From Eledone cirrhosa (taxonomy: Eukaryota): a DNA stretch of 64,000 nucleotides. The stretch lies in the NCBI GenBank assembly GCA_964016885.1, contig OZ024743.1:314836001-314900000 (forward strand). The letters are read 5' to 3'. The notes under the pieces were generated by a model that did no database searches, was not told where the DNA came from, and saw only the letters and a list, made by a program, of their open reading frames with translations. Numbering within the stretch: position 1 is the stretch's first letter; the number at the start of each line of letters is the position of its first letter. Positions 41,766 to 57,189 of this stretch are shown piece after piece. The translations under genes were made by a program, and so were the position numbers.

Positions 41766-41808
41766 ATAATAACACGAGATAGAGTTCCCTTGGAAGTGAT
41801 TTAATTGT

Positions 41809-41843
<35 letters not shown>

Positions 41844-42599
41844 AAAGATTATGGCCCAGAATCAAGAGGAAAATTATTTATACTTTACGCTAGTTTGTAA
41901 ATCAAGTACAGGAAGGAGAAACGTGATGCTATTCTAAATGGCTGTGGGTAATTTGTATATAATTAGCGCACATGTTGGTAATTAATTAAGTCATATATTA
42001 AAAAGAGCGTTAGCTACCTAAATGTATGGATAAAGTTATATCTGTGAAAACAGAGAGTGGGTAACTGAGATTGCGCGTATGTGTATATAAATATGCACAT
42101 ATCTTATATTTAAGTATGTAAACATGCCAGAAAATATAAATATTTCTGTAATTGCTTTTCAATTCACAGAGAAATTGCAGTCACAGCAAATTAAAACTAA
42201 TTGAAATGTTACTATGATTGTGCTACATTAACCTCGATTGTTATAGACGATGGACAGTGGAGGCGACTGAGTATTTACTGCTCTATGCTTGGTATACAAA
42301 CTGCCTCTCTTTCTTGTAGTGTGATAAAGCTGTCATGTCGAAGTAGTACTACAACTATTTTTATTTTATTCCAACGGTTTCGAATAGAGGAAGGCGTAAG
42401 GATTTTTTTTTTTTTTACTTTAAGAGAACGAGATGCCGAGATATAACTCATAAACTAACGATTGTACACCGAACATCCAAACATCTAAGCCACCGACCTC
42501 CACTTTGAATATTTTTGAGCTGGCTACATTGTATTTTACAAATTAATTCTAAGTAAGAACACTACAAGAAGAACTACAATTTTGATATCAGAATTCATT

Positions 42600-42830
42600 A
42601 ACCATTAATCGCTTCCTGTTTCTATTGGTCCCCGTCGAGATCTCTGGCGTCCTTGGTCCCCACACTATTGATTTTCTTCGTAATGTCGGAAAGTCAACGG
42701 CCTGCTTAAGGACGGAACCTGATATCGTTGGATGGGTGATACAGAGGATGTCTCTGGCTATTCTCCGTGTTAAAGCTTTTGCTGTTTTGTTGACGGAGCA
42801 CGGTGAAGTACCACTTAGACTGTAGTGTAA
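42600..42830 (+). mobile_element. CRE-type LINE 3' remnant
   Basis: VPVEISGVLGP..FL..WVIQRMSLAILR. Confidence 0.65.
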
Positions 42831-43724
42831 TGTCTGACCCCCCCCCCGTCTCTCCCTGTTTTTGGTTACTGATCCCTTCTTTCTTTTTCTATTCCCATTA
42901 ATAGTATGTTTTGTTTTATTAGATTTTGTTTAATTATTTCTATATTTCAATGGATTTTCCTGACATTCTGTATGTGGTGTGACAACTATATGTGGTGTGA
43001 CATTCTCCTCTGGTCTACAATTCAGCGCAGAATGTACATCCATTATAAAACCTTTGTAATGCTATATGATAAACGCAAGTTATCGGCTGAATTTTGAGGA
43101 CACTAATGAATGGTGTTTCGTTAATTGCAATCCCATATGTCAAAAGATTTATAAAAGTTTAAGCACAAGTAACAAATTCATACCATGAAAGGTCTAAAAA
43201 TCATAATCTCAGTTGAGGTCAAAATAGGAAGTGCAGGTCATTACACGACGTACACTACCTTTACCTCTGGTATAATGTACGCTAAATCGGCAACAACATT
43301 TGTAAATATGAATGTTACCGAAACTAATATTTGCGAATCGTATGACATATCATAGGCAAAGTGAACTAAATTTCACATCGCTCTTTATTTGATCTCGCAC
43401 TGCCAATCTGCCATAACGGAGCACACACACATACAAACTAATTTTGTATGAGTGTAAAAAATCTGAAGTTCACTATCATCATTCCTGGCGAGTTGATTTC
43501 AGCTGAAATCATGAAATTAATAATTTAAAGTGTAACATTTTTGTTACTCCTTTACGACAAACTGTTGTCTCTACACAGATTTCACATTTCGTTGTCAGAA
43601 GCACATATAAGAAGTGTGTATGAATTGCTACTAGATATGTATACATAAGGGCATATATATTGCTTTTTATCTCACATAACAGACAGAACTGTGAATAAGT
43701 GGTATTTTCATTATTCTGTAGCCT

Positions 43725-43918
43725 GTAAGGCAGTGGATTGTCAGTATCGGTAGAGGGTCGGATGCCATGCTTTCCAGCATAGTTACGTCCCTTAACGATC
43801 TGAGTTCAAATCCCGCCGAGATTGACTTTGCCTTTCATCCTTACGGGGTCGATAAAATAAAGTACCAGTAATGCCCTGGGTATTTGCTGGCCTTGTGCCA
43901 AAAAGTAGAAACAATTAT
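43725..43918 (+). mobile_element. Near full-length tRNA-derived SINE
   Basis: Head GGCAGTGGATTGTCAG, GAGTTCAAATCCCGCC, core and tail; flanked by direct repeat ATTATTCTGTAGCCT (about 43710 and 43913). Further fragments at 9413-9490(-), 44693-44773, 55319-55362, 62551-62630. Confidence 0.88.
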
Positions 43919-44594
43919 TCTGTAGCCTCCACATTCAAAATTTAGAAACATATCTCATTTTGAATTTACCGCTAGCTGAGTCCCTAGGCGAACAACGAGT
44001 CCTTCTACAGGTGACGTCACCCTTTGCTGCCAACAGCTATAGACATTGTAGTAGTACTTTCTCGTCGCACGGGCGGGACAGGAAACTTCGCACTCCCTGC
44101 TATTTTATTTACATCCGCTGATGATGCACGTATGCTACCACAGCGATTGGAAAAGTGCAAATTGCATTTTATCGTTGTAATCTATACTTGCAGAAACTCT
44201 GGGGTCAGCAACAACTACGTGCTACCGATCCATTACAAATATATATTTTCTTAGCATTCTGAGACAGATTAGCTCGCTTATACTTTCAAACCATGTCTCA
44301 TTGGTTGATTAACTGTGAGCAAAGGAGGTTATAGCGAATATATTTCTTATAGCCGCGTTACGTACACACACACACACTATATATATATATACAAATGGAA
44401 GTACAGCATATTCGGATCTCGAGCCACAGCTAAGCCGATGAATGCAATCAGAAGTGCAGCCAAGCACTCTATAACGTATACAACATTAGAGTAATAACAT
44501 ACCGTTTAAAGGGCTTTCGAAATTGAAGGTAGCAAGAGGTAATTCAGCCGCAGGGACCGTAACAACGAAAGATCTTACTCGCGAGAAAAAATCT

Positions 44595-44640
<46 letters not shown>

Positions 44641-44974
44641 CTATATATATATTTGTGTATATGTATGTATATACATATATATATATATTATTATGTGCAA
44701 TATCGTTAGAGGGTTGGACGCCATACTTTGACGCATAGAGTTACGGCCCTTGCCATTCTGAGTTCAAATCCCGTGTTATTATTTTATTTTTTACGCTCTT
44801 TCCTACGTCCCTCTACACACGATACATCTCATTCTACATTCCCTTACATCTCTCTCTTCACCACCGGATCCTGTTACCCGTGAATTACCCATCTGCATTC
44901 TGGAGGCATCCAAAAGGACCAAAAGAAAATAAATATTATTATTCCACAATGCTTAAAGCAAACTTCAAAACTCT

Positions 44975-45040
<66 letters not shown>

Positions 45041-45076
45041 CAAATATAATTTCAGCGAGATTCGTATTTCGGTTAC

Positions 45077-45196
<120 letters not shown>

Positions 45197-45239
45197 ATGT
45201 GTGTGTGTGTGTGTGTGTCTGTGTGTGTGTGTATATAAT

Positions 45240-45530
45240 AAATTTTGCGCCAGTTTTTAAGCAAAAATGAATTCAAACACAAACTGGCGCGAAAGCTGAT
45301 TTGCTTATTCACGAGACTGTATCAACCAACCAAACGTCACTCATATATGACAAAACAACCTTGAAATGCAGAAGAACTGCGAAACCGGTAAAGGAACCAA
45401 ATAAATATATATATATTTTTTAAAAAAGACTGAAGTTGCATTTTCGATTTCTTCTTATTTCCTTATACTTTCGCTCGTGTAGGACACCTCGGTTATTTTT
45501 CATTTTGTAAAAAAAAATTCACTTTCTAAT
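45240..45530 (+). mobile_element. pLTR fragment of the Neptune-like PLE family
   Basis: GCAGAAGAACTGCGAAACCGGTAAAGGAACC..CACTTTCTAAT then (AT)n. Confidence 0.85.
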
Positions 45531-46239
45531 ATATATATACAAACCTTGTATATATAAAAGAGATAGAGATAGAGACGAGGTGCTGCTTATATGTGAAAAG
45601 TGATTTAGTGACACTGACTGTCAGTGTTGGAGAAGAAAATAACCATTACAAAGGAACGACATGAAGTGAATAAAAAAAATGAAAACACGTGTCAATGGGA
45701 TTCTATATGTAATTGTGGTGCCTATGTTTGAAAGATGTAGGTGTATTGATCATGTTTATTGATCTGTTATGAACATTAGTAATGTAAATCTCGTTTGAAC
45801 GAGTAGAAGATCAGGTGTAGACGTAAAATAATAATTCCAGAATGACACCAACAAATGCTTTTAATATCTGAGCAATTATCACTTAGAAGGCTCTCCCGGG
45901 CGTCTTATTGATATTACTGAGGAAAAAAAATATTTTCCCCGTCTTCTCTGCTTTCTTCAAGTAAGCAAATTAATGCAAAACGAAGTGAAGCAGACCAGAC
46001 GACCGATAAATCGTAACTATGCAAAGAATATGATCAAAGAGATGGCTGAAGATATTTTAGGATTTGCTTTTAAATCGAAATAAATTAAACAGAAAATCCT
46101 ACATAACATTTAAAGCATCAAAGCAGACACATCGGTTTGTATGGAAAGATACACACAGAGAGGAGAACACACATTTATATATATGTTCATATGTTTCTTC
46201 CTAATAATCCTCTCTTTCTCCCTGTTTTCATATATATAT

Positions 46240-46963
<724 letters not shown>

Positions 46964-48039
46964 TGTGTGTGTGTGTATATATGTATATATTCACCTCCAT
47001 CGCTATGAGAAGTATATTTGTTATGCTATTTTGTTTTTCTTTATTCATGTACTCTCTATTTTTTTCTTTATTGCAAGTACTATAATAATACTATTGAATA
47101 CATAAAACTACCTTCTCAGACTCACCACTTAAGAATATTGACATTGTGTCTTTTAAATATTATTATTTCAAACTACCTGGTACAGCTTATATAATACATG
47201 TTAGAAAAATAATCTTAAAATAGCCGATCTTGAGGTCGAACCAGGGAACGTATGTTTTTATTGTTTTCTCTTTCATTGCTGATAAAATCTTCCGGTTGCA
47301 ATATTTGATAGACGAGAAAATGAATGGAGTCAATCGTCATATCCCTTGGTGAAAACAATATTTCGATCTTTATATCGTTTTCTTATTTTTTATTTTCATT
47401 GGTAGTACTATCTGTAACACCACATTTCTGGCAGAAGGTAGCAGAAGTTTAACTCTAAACACACAAAACCCGATTCAGGTTCCGCAAAACATTCCTCTCC
47501 GAGTCTTTAACAATGTTACCCATCCACTATCCATGGACTGTTGTATTATATATCGAACTCAAACGATTGAATAACCAAGTTGGATATAATCTCAGAGCGC
47601 AGAGACCTGAGAACAATAACACGAAGTCTTATATCCAACGTTCTCATAACTCAAATCATTATCCCCTCCCATTCTAGTTCTTTTTCTTCTTTCTTTCTCT
47701 CTTTTTTTCCACATTTGCTTATTCTTTCTTTCCTTGTTTCCACTTTGTTTTCCTTACTAAATAAGGTTTTTTTTTTTTTTTGCTTTTGAATTATATGAAA
47801 TATGAAGGGTGTATATATATCTTCCATATTCCATTATGTTCGATCCGACGCTACCACGTTTGGTTTAAGATTTCGACATTCTAAGATTGCTTCAGTTCAT
47901 CGATCTTACACCTGTGACAATAAAGTTGTTTTAACTTCAAACTATGGGACAACGCCAGCCGAGATATTTTTGAGTGATTTTTATAAGCGTACGCATTAAT
48001 ATATGTCAGTTCACCGCCTAATATATGAATTAAATTTAT

Positions 48040-48730
48040 AAGCACCACCTTGGATGTTTTCGCGCGGCCTCAGAACCCCACAGTGGTGCCGGGTTCTATG
48101 CCTTACCCTCCTTCTCCACTGGCACGCAGTTGGACAACGACAGCCTGCGGATCGGGGTTTACCTGAGGCTTGGACTCTAGAACGGTCAGTCACATAAGTG
48201 TCACTGTGGATGCACCGTGGACTCTTTCGGCCTCCACCCGTTTTGCTATTGCCACAGTGCCGGCCACCTTCCATGACATGCTGAATGCTACAGCCACCCC
48301 CACCCCCACCCCCACCCCCAGCTCGAGCCGGTAGGGCTGGACCATGAGGACGACAAAAAGCAAGGCAGTGTGACCATCTTCCCGTTCCGCAGTGGTAAAC
48401 CCCTCGTCTAGGATGCCACTTGCAGCGACACATTCTCCAGTGGCAACCTCGTGCACTCTGCGACTAACACAGGTTCTGCTGCGCTTCTGGCTGAGGAGGG
48501 TAAACTCTCCAAGTTTCGGGAGATCTCCGAGAGGTTTGCAGTCGAGGCCCTAGCAGTGGAGACTTCTGGTATCCTTCGCTCTAGTTCTAAATTCCTATTT
48601 ACCACCATAAGCGCTGAGCTGCCTAGCCGCAAATTTAGGCCTCACGAGATGGAATGGCTCTTCCCGTGCATCTCCCTTATCATCCTCCGAAGAAACGCCT
48701 TCACGTGGGATTCCATTTGCTCATAATAGA
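48040..48730 (+). mobile_element. CRE-type LINE C-terminal remnant (zinc finger and restriction-like endonuclease)
   Basis: HKCHCG..FGLHPFCYCH..AEEGKLSKF..AVETSGIL..EMEWLF..ISLIILRRNA. Confidence 0.8.
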
Positions 48731-49004
48731 GAGGGGGGATAGGGACGATGACAGTGGGAGTTAGGATCTCGAGTTCAAACCTGCTGTGCAGTGTCAGTTG
48801 TCTGTAAGGAGATAGTGATGCTTAATTGCTTATAACTAGTCTTATTTCTTCCTCAAATGTATGTATATGATGACCTTTTCAACACACGCAAATATTTGAA
48901 AGGTGAAGAAATTTGCAAAACATCGAACAAACAATGTATAATATTTAGTATAATCCATGAAAGAAGTGCTTTGATAAGCAGTATAGATTACGTTACAATT
49001 CTTA

Positions 49005-51900
49005 TTTGTTTTAGCCCACTTATTCCAGAGAGGTTGGTTGAGGCAGTGCTCTCAAACACTCTTTCCAAAGTGTCCTGTCAGAAGCAACCGCCTCAAACAT
49101 ATCCAGCTGGATCCCCAAGAGAGACCACCAAAGCTCATTGTTATTATTATCCAGCCTCCTTGTTCCAGGTCTTACCCTGGGGCCCCTACCGGTTGTGTTT
49201 GCCATTAAAACCTGTCCAGAGATTCTTTTCTGAGACATTCTAACCAGATGCCCATATTATCGGCACTGTAATCTCTCAATTTCTATAGGTAGCCACTCTA
49301 TCTGGAGTGACACTTTGATCTCCGAACTCCGCAAAGTATCGAGAAACGTTACTCTAAAGATTAACCCCATTTCGTCCGCTTGTATTCGTGATCGTATACC
49401 TTCGGTCATTACCCAAGAATCATGACCATATGTAAGTGCTGACAAGAATACAAAATTAGTGAGTTTTGCAAGAATACCGAAGATAGTCACTTTGGCTTTT
49501 ACACGTACCTCTCTTTTTCTGATTACTGAAGGCTGAAGCTACTGCATTATTACATCAGCTCCTGCAATTTCTGAACTTAATTAAGTCTCCTGCTTTCATC
49601 CCTCGTGAACACGACCCAGTGATACTTCAACCTCTCTACCAGCTTTAGTGGAGCTCCGTTCACATGTAGAGTGCACTGTGCAGAGTTCCTTGAAAGGACG
49701 AATGTCTCAGTTTTCGCAGCACTGATTTACATTCCAACCATGCAGCACTCGGCATCAAAACTATCAAGTGCAATTCGGAGATCACCTCCTGTCGGGTTAA
49801 GTAACATTATGTCATCTGCAAATTCCAGCCGACTGATTTTACACCGGCTAGTCATGATACGAATTCTAGTCCAGATGTGCATGTGGAAATAATGAACAGG
49901 CGAGGTGACAGTACGAGCCTTTGGCGGAGACCGACTCCCACATTGGATGGTCTCGATTGAGCACCATTTACCCGAACACAATTGCCCGCGCCTATGTATA
50001 AATGTATCAATGCACCAATAAGCAGACCACCGTTCCCATATTCATGCAGAACCTTCCACAGCAGGTTCTGAGGAACGCCGTAATATTCCTTTTCAAGATC
50101 AACAAAACAAGAATATACTTCTTGGAAATACTCACACAATTTCATGAAGAAGCACTGTGAATATTTGGTTGAATATTTCCTGCGTCCGGGGCGACAACCG
50201 TACTGTTCATCATCTAGCCTGGACTCGAAGATCTCACAGCATCTTTTTACCAGACACTCAGCATAGACTTTCTGGGGAGGCTTTAAAAGTAGATACCTCT
50301 GTAATTGATACAATCTCTCTTTTCCCCTGTTTTGAAAATTGGGATTAACATTCCCGTTTGCCATTGCTTAGGAACCTTTCCAGAGATCCAGGCCACCGGT
50401 TGCACACGTGTCAGCAAGAGAATACCTTCTCTATTGAACGCTTTTAACATGTCGGGCTGGATTTTATCTTCACCAGCTGCCTTGCCATATTTGAGATCCT
50501 TAAATGCTCTTGTGACTTCCGCCTCTAATAGATTAGTCACCATTCCCAGATGCACATCGTGTACATCCGTAGATGTTGTTGTGATCGGATTTAAGAGAAT
50601 AAAAAAGTAAACTCTCCATCTCGCAAGGAGAGGAGACCCAAGAGTGGTTCTTGATAGCAGGTGTGGAGGAGGGCCTATTATTACGAAGTTGGCGCATGAT
50701 CTGTCAGAACACTTTATTTGCTGATCTGAATTCCGAGTCCAGCTTGACACCAAGCAAGTCCTCCCATGTCTTAATGTCTTAATGTTGGATTTCTTTACTG
50801 TCTCTGCGATTCCTCGTGTCTACTTGTATCGCAAGTACAAGAAGAAAAGCTTATTTCCAACCCAAGCTGTGTAAGCATCCTTCTTTGCTGAGATGGTAGC
50901 TCTAAACTTTTGATTGAACCAAGGGTTCGTCCTGCCATCCAGTGGCACACCAAAACTCTTTCGTCGGCAGCATTTAATAGCTGAAAGAGAAACTGCTGCG
51001 TTGAACAATTTCAAGTCGGTCTCAACGTCCTCAATTTAGTCAAGCAGCTCTCTTCAATTGTATGCAATAGTATCTGCATACCTGATCCTGACTTCCTTAT
51101 CCACCAATACTTCCCTGTAGGTCGCCCTGTGTGCTTCTTTGGATTTAGGTTATCTCAGGTTCAGATAACGTGATGGTGATCAGTTGACAACTCGGTCCCT
51201 ATTTTAACTATAATATCCAGCGCAGAATAAAAGAAATCAGCGACAATAACAAAGTCAATTGATCTCTGTCACAGATTTCCCTTATACCCTGTATATTTAT
51301 GAATGTCTCTATTCTGGAAGATGTTCATAATTGAGAGTCTATTGCTAGAACAGAAATCTAATAAAGCCTCTCCATTCCTATTTAGATCGAGATCACCGTT
51401 CCTTTAAATCATCCATTTCTATGTCAGGTGGTCAGTGCCAATATGTGCATCTAAGTCTTCCATTGAGATATGTGACTCAGTCTTAACTACATTTAACACT
51501 ACAGTGACTTCAACAAGAAAGGATGTGTATTTGGATTCCACAGAGACCTATATTTCAGCCTAAGCTTCAAGAGGCAAATCCTACCTCCTAATGGGATCCA
51601 GTCAGTGACAGATTCTGACGGCTAGTGGATTGTGAGTATCTTGAATCACGGCTCTGTAGTCATTTTTGGTGCGACACCTAAATATTGGCGTTTCCATCCT
51701 CCATCCGAATCTACAGTACCAGCACCATGGGACTTTGTTGAGGAAATCCAGTCTATATCTAGCCGGTAGTATCTAGCCTCATCCATTCGTCCTGATCCTT
51801 ACTTTTAAGGATTGTGATGTTCAAGATTCCAACTGCCAAATTGTCCTCCTCTTTCTTTATGCGTCCATCTTACGCCTCCCAGGACGCGTCTCAGGCCCAT
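49005..51900 (-). mobile_element. Near full-length decayed RTE-clade LINE ORF (APE plus RT)
   Basis: GKAAGEDKI..WQTGMLIPIFKTG..NYRGI; CFVDLEKEY; GLRQRLVLSP; LEFADDIMLL; YGHDSWVMT; endonuclease N-terminus near 51840. Confidence 0.9.
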
Positions 51901-52824
51901 CGCCAGTTTTGCAGCATGAAATGTAGACTGCAATAATGTTTAGTGCAGACACTTAACGAGTCACTTGTTAACTCGTGCGAATGTTGATGCGGTATTGTTC
52001 TTCTTTGTTTTCCTCATCCTATTGCAACTTCAGTTTCAGTGGTCATATGCGCGCCAGTCACAAATCTGGTACTTTGTCAAACCTGCGAAGATTAAGCTTT
52101 TCTTTTTAAACAAAAAAAGATATAAAATTGATATCCTTTTAGAAAAGATAATATAGTGCAGGTTAGAAATAGGAGTGAAAACGAGAGTAATGTAAGATAC
52201 ATGCTTTTACCGAATATGTTTCTTAATGTTTCAGGGTAAAAAAAAATCAGACTTCATTATTTTCTTTAGTCCCTATATGCCATGATATATAACGTTAAAA
52301 TGTAAACTGTTGTATAACTCTGTTTTATTAATCCAGATTTTACTACTATTTAACTTATATTCACTTGCATTACCTACAATTTTAATTTTTATAACGATAT
52401 TTGTATTACATTCGTATGTACATTTATTTTATACCACATGTCTGATTTAATATTGGTATATATATTTTTTTTAATACACCAAACGTCAGAGTGTGATCAT
52501 GGAGGAGTGACGACTGTCGCATGAAGCAAATATAATTTTAACTTAAGATAGCTTTCTATCATATTCGAAAGAAAATATATTGCCGAAATTTGATATACAT
52601 CAAGTAAGTTTACATTAACTTCAAAATGTTTTATGTCTGAGGACATTTTTATCTATAACGAAAACACGTCTGCCTGCAACAGCTGTAGATGAAATGACAA
52701 TGATAGCTGGTTAGTTATATAAAAACCCCGAAAGCTAGTTGTATTTGTGTTTCAGCGCTGTCATATAAAAGACGAATATTTGCCTCGTCAGCGTAATGTT
52801 TATTTTGAAATAATGTGAAAAGAC

Positions 52825-52905
<81 letters not shown>

Positions 52906-54100
52906 GCAGCAATTGACTCCATTTCCGCTGCACACAAGCCACAGTTACCTGTGAAAATCTAACTAGACGAGCCACCAACACCCAGGCTAATTATATATAT
53001 TGATTTTTCTACATTTCAAAAGATCCCATATGGAGTGAAAGCAGCAATGTTTTGTTTAAACTTTAATCTGTGCACAAAGAGATATACTGATATCTAAGAA
53101 AAGAAAGGTGCTGGCAGATATCGCTGTAACATTGATTTTCAATAAACACTATAAACATTTACATTGTTTTCTGACAGTATTTCCTTAAACTATTATGAAT
53201 TATCCCCCATGGAAATTATCTTTATCGGATATCAAGCACAATAATTCCATTAAAACTGAAAGTGGAGGCGACATGAACCTTATCTGTACACTAACCAAAA
53301 TTATGTTTCATAAGTTTATCTGATGTACACGACTGCCATTGCTATAAGTATCCCTGTTGAATATTTTCGATTAGGAAACACGAATGGTGGCTTTTCCTTT
53401 TAACTGCGTTCGCGGCTGCTATAAATAATAAAGCGTTATATTGAATCTAACAATTCGTTTGTTCTCAAAATAATGCCATCTTGAGATTTAATTAAGATTA
53501 AATAGTTTTAAGTGAATTGTAATAGAGAGTTATTTATAAAACTTTGCAGATCATTTCTCCTCTTTCAAACTCTTACAGATCCATCACGTTATTAAATAGC
53601 CACAATTGCAAAGAATATATAAAATATTGGTCAATCAGTTTAGTCAATCAAACGTTCTATTCATGTTTCCTGGTATGTTCGTTGAGCAAGGTTCTCTAAC
53701 AAGTTCGACTCCATATATATGAAAGTTATTCAAAAGGAATGTGATGCATTGTCATTATATGCTGACATACATTCTTAGTCTTCTATATTTATTCCATTCA
53801 CACCGAAGATGCGGTGTAGAAATATTAAATCGATTATATTATTCTTATGCCACTTTATTTTATTTACGCTAGAAGAAAGAAAGGGGAATTAAAACGTTGG
53901 CGAGATCAAATTATAAGAGAATACAACTAAGACCACTACACCTTTTATCAAACGCTTTAACGATTCCGCAAATACAGTTGTAGGATCTGTTGAAGATTTA
54001 ACACCAATAACACAACACTAAATATTCACACTAGGCATGACTGTACTTCTACATAGCATTTATGAAACTAAAGATTGTGTACCCATATATATATATATAA

Positions 54101-54164
<64 letters not shown>

Positions 54165-54190
54165 GTGCGTGTGTGCGTGCGTGTGTGTGT

Positions 54191-54241
<51 letters not shown>

Positions 54242-54302
54242 TAAACTTAAGAAAATTAACAAACAGAAAAGACAACAAGCCGAAACAAAACAGAACGAAA
54301 AA

Positions 54303-54464
54303 CAATTCAATATCTTAAGGAGAAACCTTAAAAAATTATTTTAAAAAATGTTAAATGCAAACGAAGAATACATAACTCCAGAAATCCAATTCAATATCTT
54401 AAGGAGAAACCTTAAAAAAATATTTAAAAAAAATTAAAATGCAAACGAAGAACACATAACTCCA
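54303..54464. repeat. Tandem duplication with 84-bp period
   Basis: CAATTCAATATCTTAAGGAGAAACCTTAAAAAA..ATAACTCCA occurs twice. Confidence 0.9.
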
Positions 54465-54792
54465 TGGTCATTGGTCGTGGAGATGGACTTTGGCAGTTTC
54501 AATCCCTACCAACGCTACTGCTGGTGCATCCGAGATCACGGCGTCTGACATAAACCAAACGCTGTCTAGTGGAGTTAGCGATGAGAGACAAAACATTAAT
54601 TTATAGCACTGAAGCAAGAAAACACATGGAAAACACTAGGTGTAATTGTACACATTTACTGCATATATATATATTTTTTTTAATATATTTTATATTTTAT
54701 ATTTTATATGTCTATTGTATTACCTTCATCTATATATATAATTTTTCTTGCATTTCTTGAGGAGACTTTCAAAATATTTATCTATGTTTTAT

Positions 54793-54870
54793 ATTGCCTC
54801 GTCCGACGAACGAATGAAGACGTCTCTTTCGTATTCGTCTTATTCGGGAAACCTCTGGTAATGAGGTAAT
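54793..54870 (+). ncRNA. Type I hammerhead (C4 core) with long stems
   Basis: ATTGCCTCGT/ATGAGGTAAT (10 bp including G-U); CCGACGA; CGAATgAAGACG/CGTCTTATTCG; GAAA-CCtctGG-TA. Confidence 0.72.
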
Positions 54871-55675
54871 TATTTTGTATTGATTTTTATACATTAAATT
54901 TTGCTCTGGTGCTTACATAGAGCACTCTTCACTCCTATGATTTTTCCTATTTTCAACGGAAACTTCAATACTTATATATATATATATATATATATATCAG
55001 ACAGAATGTGGTAAAAACCAGCTAGACAATTACTCACCAGAGTACTCTATACTGCTCAATACGTTTCAAATCTTTCTCTAGCAACTAGCTAAACAAACTA
55101 CCACACATTTATAAAGAAAACCAACCACTACTGTAACAAATTCCTAGTTATAACTAATTTTTCCTGCAAATAACACAGATTGACTTATAAACATACATGT
55201 TTGAAAAATAAATCCTTTTACTGGTCTCTGCATAATATGCACTTAAAATCTCACTGCCTCCCTAAAAGCTTCATGCTTTGACTCCTCTCACTCTCTTGAA
55301 ATTGTATTATGGTGCTCATTGGGTAATTGCTGGCCTTGTGCCAAAAGTAGAAACAATTATTATTCTTTTTTGTTCTGAATATTTCCTGAAGAGATAAAGC
55401 TCCCATAATAGAGATAATTCTAAATAATAATCTGGGGGCGTTTATGTTACCAATATTGGCAATAGAAAGAAACGCATGCAATATAAAATGTTCACTGTTC
55501 TTTATTGTTCGTGATTTATTTGTTTATCACAGTTCTTTCGTCACACATTCTGTGACCTCAATGATAGCCTCTTTTTCCTTGTTTCAAACATCTACTCCAT
55601 CTCGTTTCTGTTTTACTGTGCGTTTTTGTGGTGGTTTTGTATCGTTTGCATTTTTACTTTTTATACGTATGTATG

Positions 55676-55806
<131 letters not shown>

Positions 55807-57189
55807 ATGTGTGTGTGGGTGTGTGTGCATGCATACATACGTATACGAATTAATATATATATATATATACATATTTCTACACACACATGTATATATATTA
55901 CATCTGTATATATTGAACAACTTTAAATGTTTTCTTTTTGATTAAGATTTTTCTAGTATTAAGAAAACCACTATTTCAAACCTGAATGCCTATTATAGCC
56001 ACGAAACCACGAATTCCATTCCAGTATGTAACTACAGCGATATTTATTTCACGTATATCCCATAATAATATTATTTTAATCAAAATATTCTCTCTAGTCC
56101 TTCTTTTATTTTGTTTTCATTGCTTGTTATTTTTTGTGGTGGGGTTCTTTTATTTTCCGTGTTCTTTGTCGGTTGAAACCATTCATAACTAAACCATAAA
56201 TTTTATTGACAATTTATTTTGCGTTTTGAGGCAATCATATGGATTTCTAGAAAAGGACACGAACACACACACATACACGCACACACATACATATATATAT
56301 ATATACATATTCCGAAAAACAGAAAATATGCAAAAGATTTTGATTGTAAAAACAAAAAATCACAAAATATCGAATTATATAAGTTGTCTTATCAATGACA
56401 ACAACAACTTAACAACAACAATAATAATAATGATACAGAGAAAGGGAGAAGTGGGCGGTGGGTAATATAAAAATTATTAAAATAGAATAGTACTTATTTT
56501 ATATCATTTTTCGTTGCTTCGATTATGTCAGAAAAGGATTCATAGTTTAATTTATATATTTTGGGACGTATTATGAATACTATTTCTTTTATTATTATTA
56601 CTTTGTTATACGTTTCACTATAGTTTGTATTTGATACTGTAAATGTTTTTATATTTATTCTTGTCCAGTCTCTAGGCTATTTCGCTTTAGTTTACCTTAG
56701 TAGTCACAGTGGTGCTGGGATTAGCCATGGCAGTGGGGCTGTTGGTGCGTTTTGTTGTTTCTTAAAGTTGGGTTTTCTACTGCTATTAATCTTGTTCAGA
56801 AAAGTTCCGATCACTAATTGGCTATCATCAATACTGAAACTTCTTTTCTATCCTCATGATTATTATTATTGTGGCTGTTATTATTATGGTTATTAATATT
56901 GTGGTATTAGTGGTTGTAGTATTAATAGTAGTAGTTTGTGCCACGGCTATTTTAATAAAAAAAATCGTTGTTATCATCACTACATTCATTCTCTGTATCG
57001 CCAGTCTACGGCAATGAAAAACTCGTCGCCGCGATCATCATCAACATCATCGCAATTGTTCTCAGCGATGGTATCCATATTATAAAGTAAACAATCGTAT
57101 GAATGTGAACAACAGAATTCTAAGCTTAACTTTGCTACTGTTCTTGAAAATCTAAAACGTTTATATAACAAATCAGATGTCTATCTATA

